64,000 bases of DNA. Origin: Felis catus (Eukaryota). The notes below the pieces were generated by a model. That model did not search any database, was not told the origin of the DNA, and worked only from the letters and a program-made list of their open reading frames with translations. This document shows, piece by piece, positions 59,935 to 64,000 of this stretch; the first letter of the stretch is position 1, and every line of letters begins with the position of its first letter. The position numbers and the translations under genes were made by a program. The stretch is from positions 62,868,001-62,932,000 of the forward strand of contig NC_058370.1 in assembly GCF_018350175.1 (NCBI RefSeq), in the 5' to 3' direction.

Positions 59935-61690
59935 TTAAAACAAAATTTTCATTTTAGAATGCAGGAACTGTGTGAAGATAGTACCAAGTTCCCATATTCT
60001 CCACACCCAAGTTCCCCTATTACTATCATCTTATGTTGGGATGGGACATTTGTCACAATGAATAAACCAATATTGATACATTATTATTAATCAGCCTTAC
60101 AATATTGCTGACATTATCATTAAAGTATAATCCATACTTGCTTCAGATTTCCTTAGGGTTTTTTTGTTGGTTGGTTGGTTGGTTGGTTGGTTGGTTTTAC
60201 CTAATGTCCTTTTTCTTTTCCAGGACACCACATTACATTTGGTTGTTGTGTCTCCCTAGGCTCCTCCTGGCTGTGACGGTTTCTCAGACTTCCCTTGCTT
60301 TTGATCATCTTGACAGTTTTGAGGAGTACTTATCAGGTACTTTGTAGAATGCCCCTCAGCTGGGACTCGTCTGGTCCCAGGTGAGACTGGGGTTATGAGT
60401 TTGGGGGAGGACACCATTTTCATCACATTGTATCCAGGGTATGTTCTATCAATATTACTTATCACCTTCCATACTAATCTGGATCGCCTCACTGAGGGAG
60501 TGTTTCCAGACTGCAGTGTTTGGAAGGAAGTCACTCTGCCCAGCCCATGTTTAAGGAGTGGACAGCTACGTTCTTCCTTGAAGACAAAGTGTCCACATAT
60601 ATCACTTGGAATGCCTCTGCACCAGAGTTTTGTCTCGTCTCCCCCATTTATTTATTCAGTTAACCATTTGCTCATGAATACTTATTTTATACTTTGGGTA
60701 ATAATCAAACACTACTGTATTTATTTCGTTGTTCAAAATTGTTCCAGCTATGGTCACTGGAGCTCTTACAGTTGGCCCCTGCACCCCTTTGAACTTAATC
60801 CCATCTCTCTCTCTCTCTCTCTCTAGCACTTCATTACTTTCTGGCACTACAAGATGCTTCAGGTTCATCTTGCGTATGTCCTGCCCCCAACCTAGAATCA
60901 GCCATTTCTCCAAGGAGCTCTGGTTCCTTTTATTGGAGAATGGTATTAGAAACCAAGATCTGAGCACTAAGTGTGCCCATGGCTACCGGGGTATCATTGC
61001 TTCCAGGCCCTCTCCGCTGATAGAACAAGGAAATATATGTGTGTTCACTAACCTGTGTGTCTATACACACATCTATAAATATTTCTATATGTAACCATCT
61101 GTGTCTCTATTAAGGTAAACCTGAGTTCATACTAATGTCTATAACTCCAACCCATGATCATGAGCATCACTCTAGCCTTCTCTCTCTGCTTGCCTGTCAT
61201 TTCTCGCTTCCTACTCCTTCAGTGAGAGACGTGGCTCCTGTCACCCACCATCCATTTACTGCTTGTCCTGTTCCAATATACGTGCATGGTGGTTTCAGAA
61301 TTGTTAGCCCACGCTGCATGGGAAATGACTTTATCAACTAGAGTGCAGTGCTTAGAGGTTCTTCTGCTTTTAGTCTTACAGACTTTACTCATTTCCAGAG
61401 TTACTTAAATCAGAACCTTCTCCCCCCACCCACTTCAGTGAGGCTGTTTCATATATTTACAATACAGATGGGTTTGTCATAGTCTGCATTCCATCCTGGG
61501 ATCTCCCACCCTCTTAAATGCTTTTTTACACTTGCACACATTAAGATGGACTCTGCTGTGAAGTTCTATGAGTTTGACAAACTCAGGGTCAAGTATCTAA
61601 CATTGAAATATCATAAAGAATAATTTTGCCCTCCAAAAAGCCAAACAAACAAGTGCCCCACCTATTCAGTCATTCCTTTACCCTCAAGAA
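59935..61690 (-). mobile_element. LINE-1 long 3' UTR (L1MC3/4-like) containing (GGTT)n at about 60168-60196
   Basis: acatttgtcacaatgaataaaccaatattgatacatt...ttgacagttttgaggagtact...cctagaatcagccatttctccaaggagc. Confidence 0.88.
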
Positions 61691-61744
61691 GATTTCACTT
61701 TTAAAGTATATTTAGATGTTTTTCCAAGCTTCTTCATACACATA

Positions 61745-62150
61745 TCTCATTTAATCTGCAAAGCAAACCTGGGGATTGGGAAGAGTAAAAGCCTCATTCC
61801 CACTTCCTGGAGAAGACTGAGGCTCAGAAGCATTAAAGCCCTTGGCCACATGGCTAACGTGTATAGATTCAAGACTGATCCTCCTGCTTTATTCCTACTC
61901 TCCTCAGGCAGGGGCCATTCCCAAACCGCAGAGGTGGAGGCAGGTGGCTGGGTTTCAGTCAGGCAGAAGACTGGGTCATGAGGGAAAACAAACCACGGGC
62001 CGACAGCAGGACACCTGAGTTCTGATTCTGCCACGTACTCACTGGGTGGCTTTGACAAAATCGCTTTCCTTGGCTGGGCCTCAGTTTCCTCTTCTGTAAG
62101 GTAGTGAATGGGACCCCAGGTCCCATTCAAAGTCTAAGCAGACTGTGTCT
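61745..62150. mobile_element. Two MIRs in opposite orientation (about 61745-61900 minus, 62005-62150 plus)
   Basis: atctcatttaatc...agactgaggctcagaag; cctgagttctgattctgccac...gcctcagtttcctcttctgtaa. Confidence 0.7.
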
Positions 62151-62371
62151 GGCCTGTGGCATAAGGCTGACTGCAGCTGGCAAGGAGATTTTGGGGGTGC
62201 TCAGAGGACATGGCTGAGGAGTAAAACTCAAGTCATCTACAGAGAAGCAGTGGTGTGCCGCCGTGGGATCAGGGTGGGTGACAGATCCCAAGGCCACTCT
62301 GCTCTCCCCACTGCCAGCTCTCCAGGTGCTGAAACCACCAATGCTTTTGTATCCCGTTCCATGGTTTATGG

Positions 62372-62810
62372 CAGTGTTTTTCAAACTGTAGTTTGAGACC
62401 CAATGAGTCATGATTTCCAACCTTTTAAAAACTTCCAACCTCTTGATCTGCATAGAATAGATCAATGCATTCAACATAATAAGGGAAGTATAAACATTTG
62501 TTTCAATTAGATGTGTGTGGGGCGCCTGGGTGGCTCAGTCGGTTAAGCATCCAACTTCGGCTCAAGTCATGATCTCACGGTCCGTGGGTTCGAGCCCTGC
62601 GTCGGGCTCTGTGCTGACAGCTCAGAGCCTGGAGCCTGCTTCAGAATCTGTGTCTCCCTTTCTCTCTGACCCTCCCCCATTCATGCTCTGTCTCTCTCTG
62701 TCTCAAAAATAAATAAACATTAAAAAAAAATTTAAAAAAACCCAATTAGATGTGTGGGTAATGGGTCAAAATGGAAAATATATTGGTCCCAAAAGACCGG
62801 AAGTCACTAG
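62372..62810. mobile_element. Non-autonomous hAT-Charlie element interrupted by a Can-SINE
   Basis: cagtgtttttcaaactg...gacccaa start; aagtcactag end. Confidence 0.55.
62519..62740 (+). mobile_element. Can-SINE (SINEC_Fc)
   Basis: TSD caattagatgtgtg at 62504-62517 and 62743-62756. Confidence 0.96.
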
Positions 62811-62829
62811 CTGACACAGCACATTTACA

Positions 62830-62990
62830 TCCTTACTTCATTTCATCTTTACTGTAACCCTACAAGGAGGGGTTATTATTACTATCCCTACTTTCCAAGG
62901 GAAGAAACTGACGCCCAGAGAGGTCCAATGGTGCACTCACAGTCTCCCAGTTAGTGAGGGGCGGGTTACGCTCCTAGACTCAGCTGGGGT
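62830..62990 (-). mobile_element. MIR
   Basis: aaccctacaagg...ttattattactatccc...gaagaaactgacgcccagagagg. Confidence 0.7.
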
Positions 62991-64000
62991 TTCCCGCAGT
63001 TGATCCTAAACGGGATTATGGACACTCGTTTCCTTCACAAAGCCCAGAGCGACACGGCCCACGGGAAGGAGATTCAGGGTGGACCGTGTCTGTGCCCCTC
63101 AACCTGGCCAGCCCCACTTCAGCTTGGCAGAATGAGAGGCTGTTCACCATCTACCCACCATGGCTCCCCACCCCCAGAAACCGACTCGGTGGGAGTTCAG
63201 CCAGGACCAGGCCCTGTCAGGGTGGGCAGTGTGGGTGGGAGAGTAAGCAGGTGGGAGAGGCTGAGAAAGGTCCCCTGGGCCTCCTCCCTCCAGGCAGACA
63301 CCACACACCACACTTTGCAAACGCACTAACAAAAGCACGCGCTAGCTTGGGCTCCAGACTCCCCCGGGGCCCTAATTCTCAGCTGTGAGCAACTGCGGGC
63401 CCTACAGTGTATCCGTCGGTCCTGCCTCTATTCCCCAGGCTTTCCTGCTTTGGCTGAGGCCAATATGAGCCCACTGAGGGTACTTTCCCACCTCTTCTTT
63501 CTTGGGTCGTCTTGTGATTTATGAGCTCACAAAACTCGCTAATCCTTTCTCCTCAGTTACCTAGATGTAAAGAAGGCTTCGGTCACTTTGCAGACGGGAG
63601 GATCCTAATTCTCCCTTGAACACAGACCACCAGGCCCTGACCAGGATCCTTCCCACAGGGCTGTAGGGTTTATCTGTGATCTGTTCATTCAAAGGTTACC
63701 ATTGTCGGGAAATCCCTAACAGTGGTGAGGAAAAGGCAAGAAAAATGAAGGGCAGTAATAATTTTTCTGTAGCATCCATCTTCCAGCCAGCCCCTTCCTG
63801 GCCACTGCCCCTTAATGAGACGATGTGGGTCTCGGTATCTCCCAGTGATGGGGGCCTGAGGGTACCAGGGAGAGTCCCCTGGCATCTGTGGTAGGAACTT
63901 AACAGTAGGCCCAGTCACGCCCCTGGAGTGGAGGCACTTTGACCTCACTTCAAGTCTCTGTTCCAGGGTTACCAACTCAGGGAGACATCCTCTGATCCCT

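Noticed and set aside
7870-63716. Scattered NF-kB-like sites (7870, 45000, 62986, 63707)
   Set aside because: About 8 GGGRNWYYCC matches are expected by chance in 64 kb on two strands at uniform composition; no enrichment

Overview
Mammalian genomic DNA, almost certainly a felid: 18 tRNA-derived Can-SINEs of the SINEC_Fc type are present, most with target-site duplications (TSDs). It is a draft assembly with nine short N gaps. I found no recognisable protein-coding gene, RNA gene or CRISPR array; the listed ORFs look like chance frames in GC-rich or repeat DNA. The window is intergenic or intronic and much of it is layered transposon relics: Can-SINE, MIR, L2, L1M, MaLR/ERVL LTRs and hAT DNA elements. 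Notable structures are (i) two mutually homologous LTR-internal-LTR MaLR relics (1-2002 and 15300-20315, the second split by an L1 with nested SINEs), (ii) a hAT-Charlie transposase relic with a readable C-terminal domain, (iii) an L1 with the geometry of a twin-priming 5' inversion, (iv) a CpG-rich 165-bp open phase 1-1 candidate exon at 53881-54045, and (v) several repeat-free motif clusters that may be enhancers. I see no convincing evidence of a novel biological system. Repeat family names come from recalled consensus similarity, are approximate, and need RepeatMasker/Dfam confirmation; most old-repeat boundaries are +/- tens of bp.
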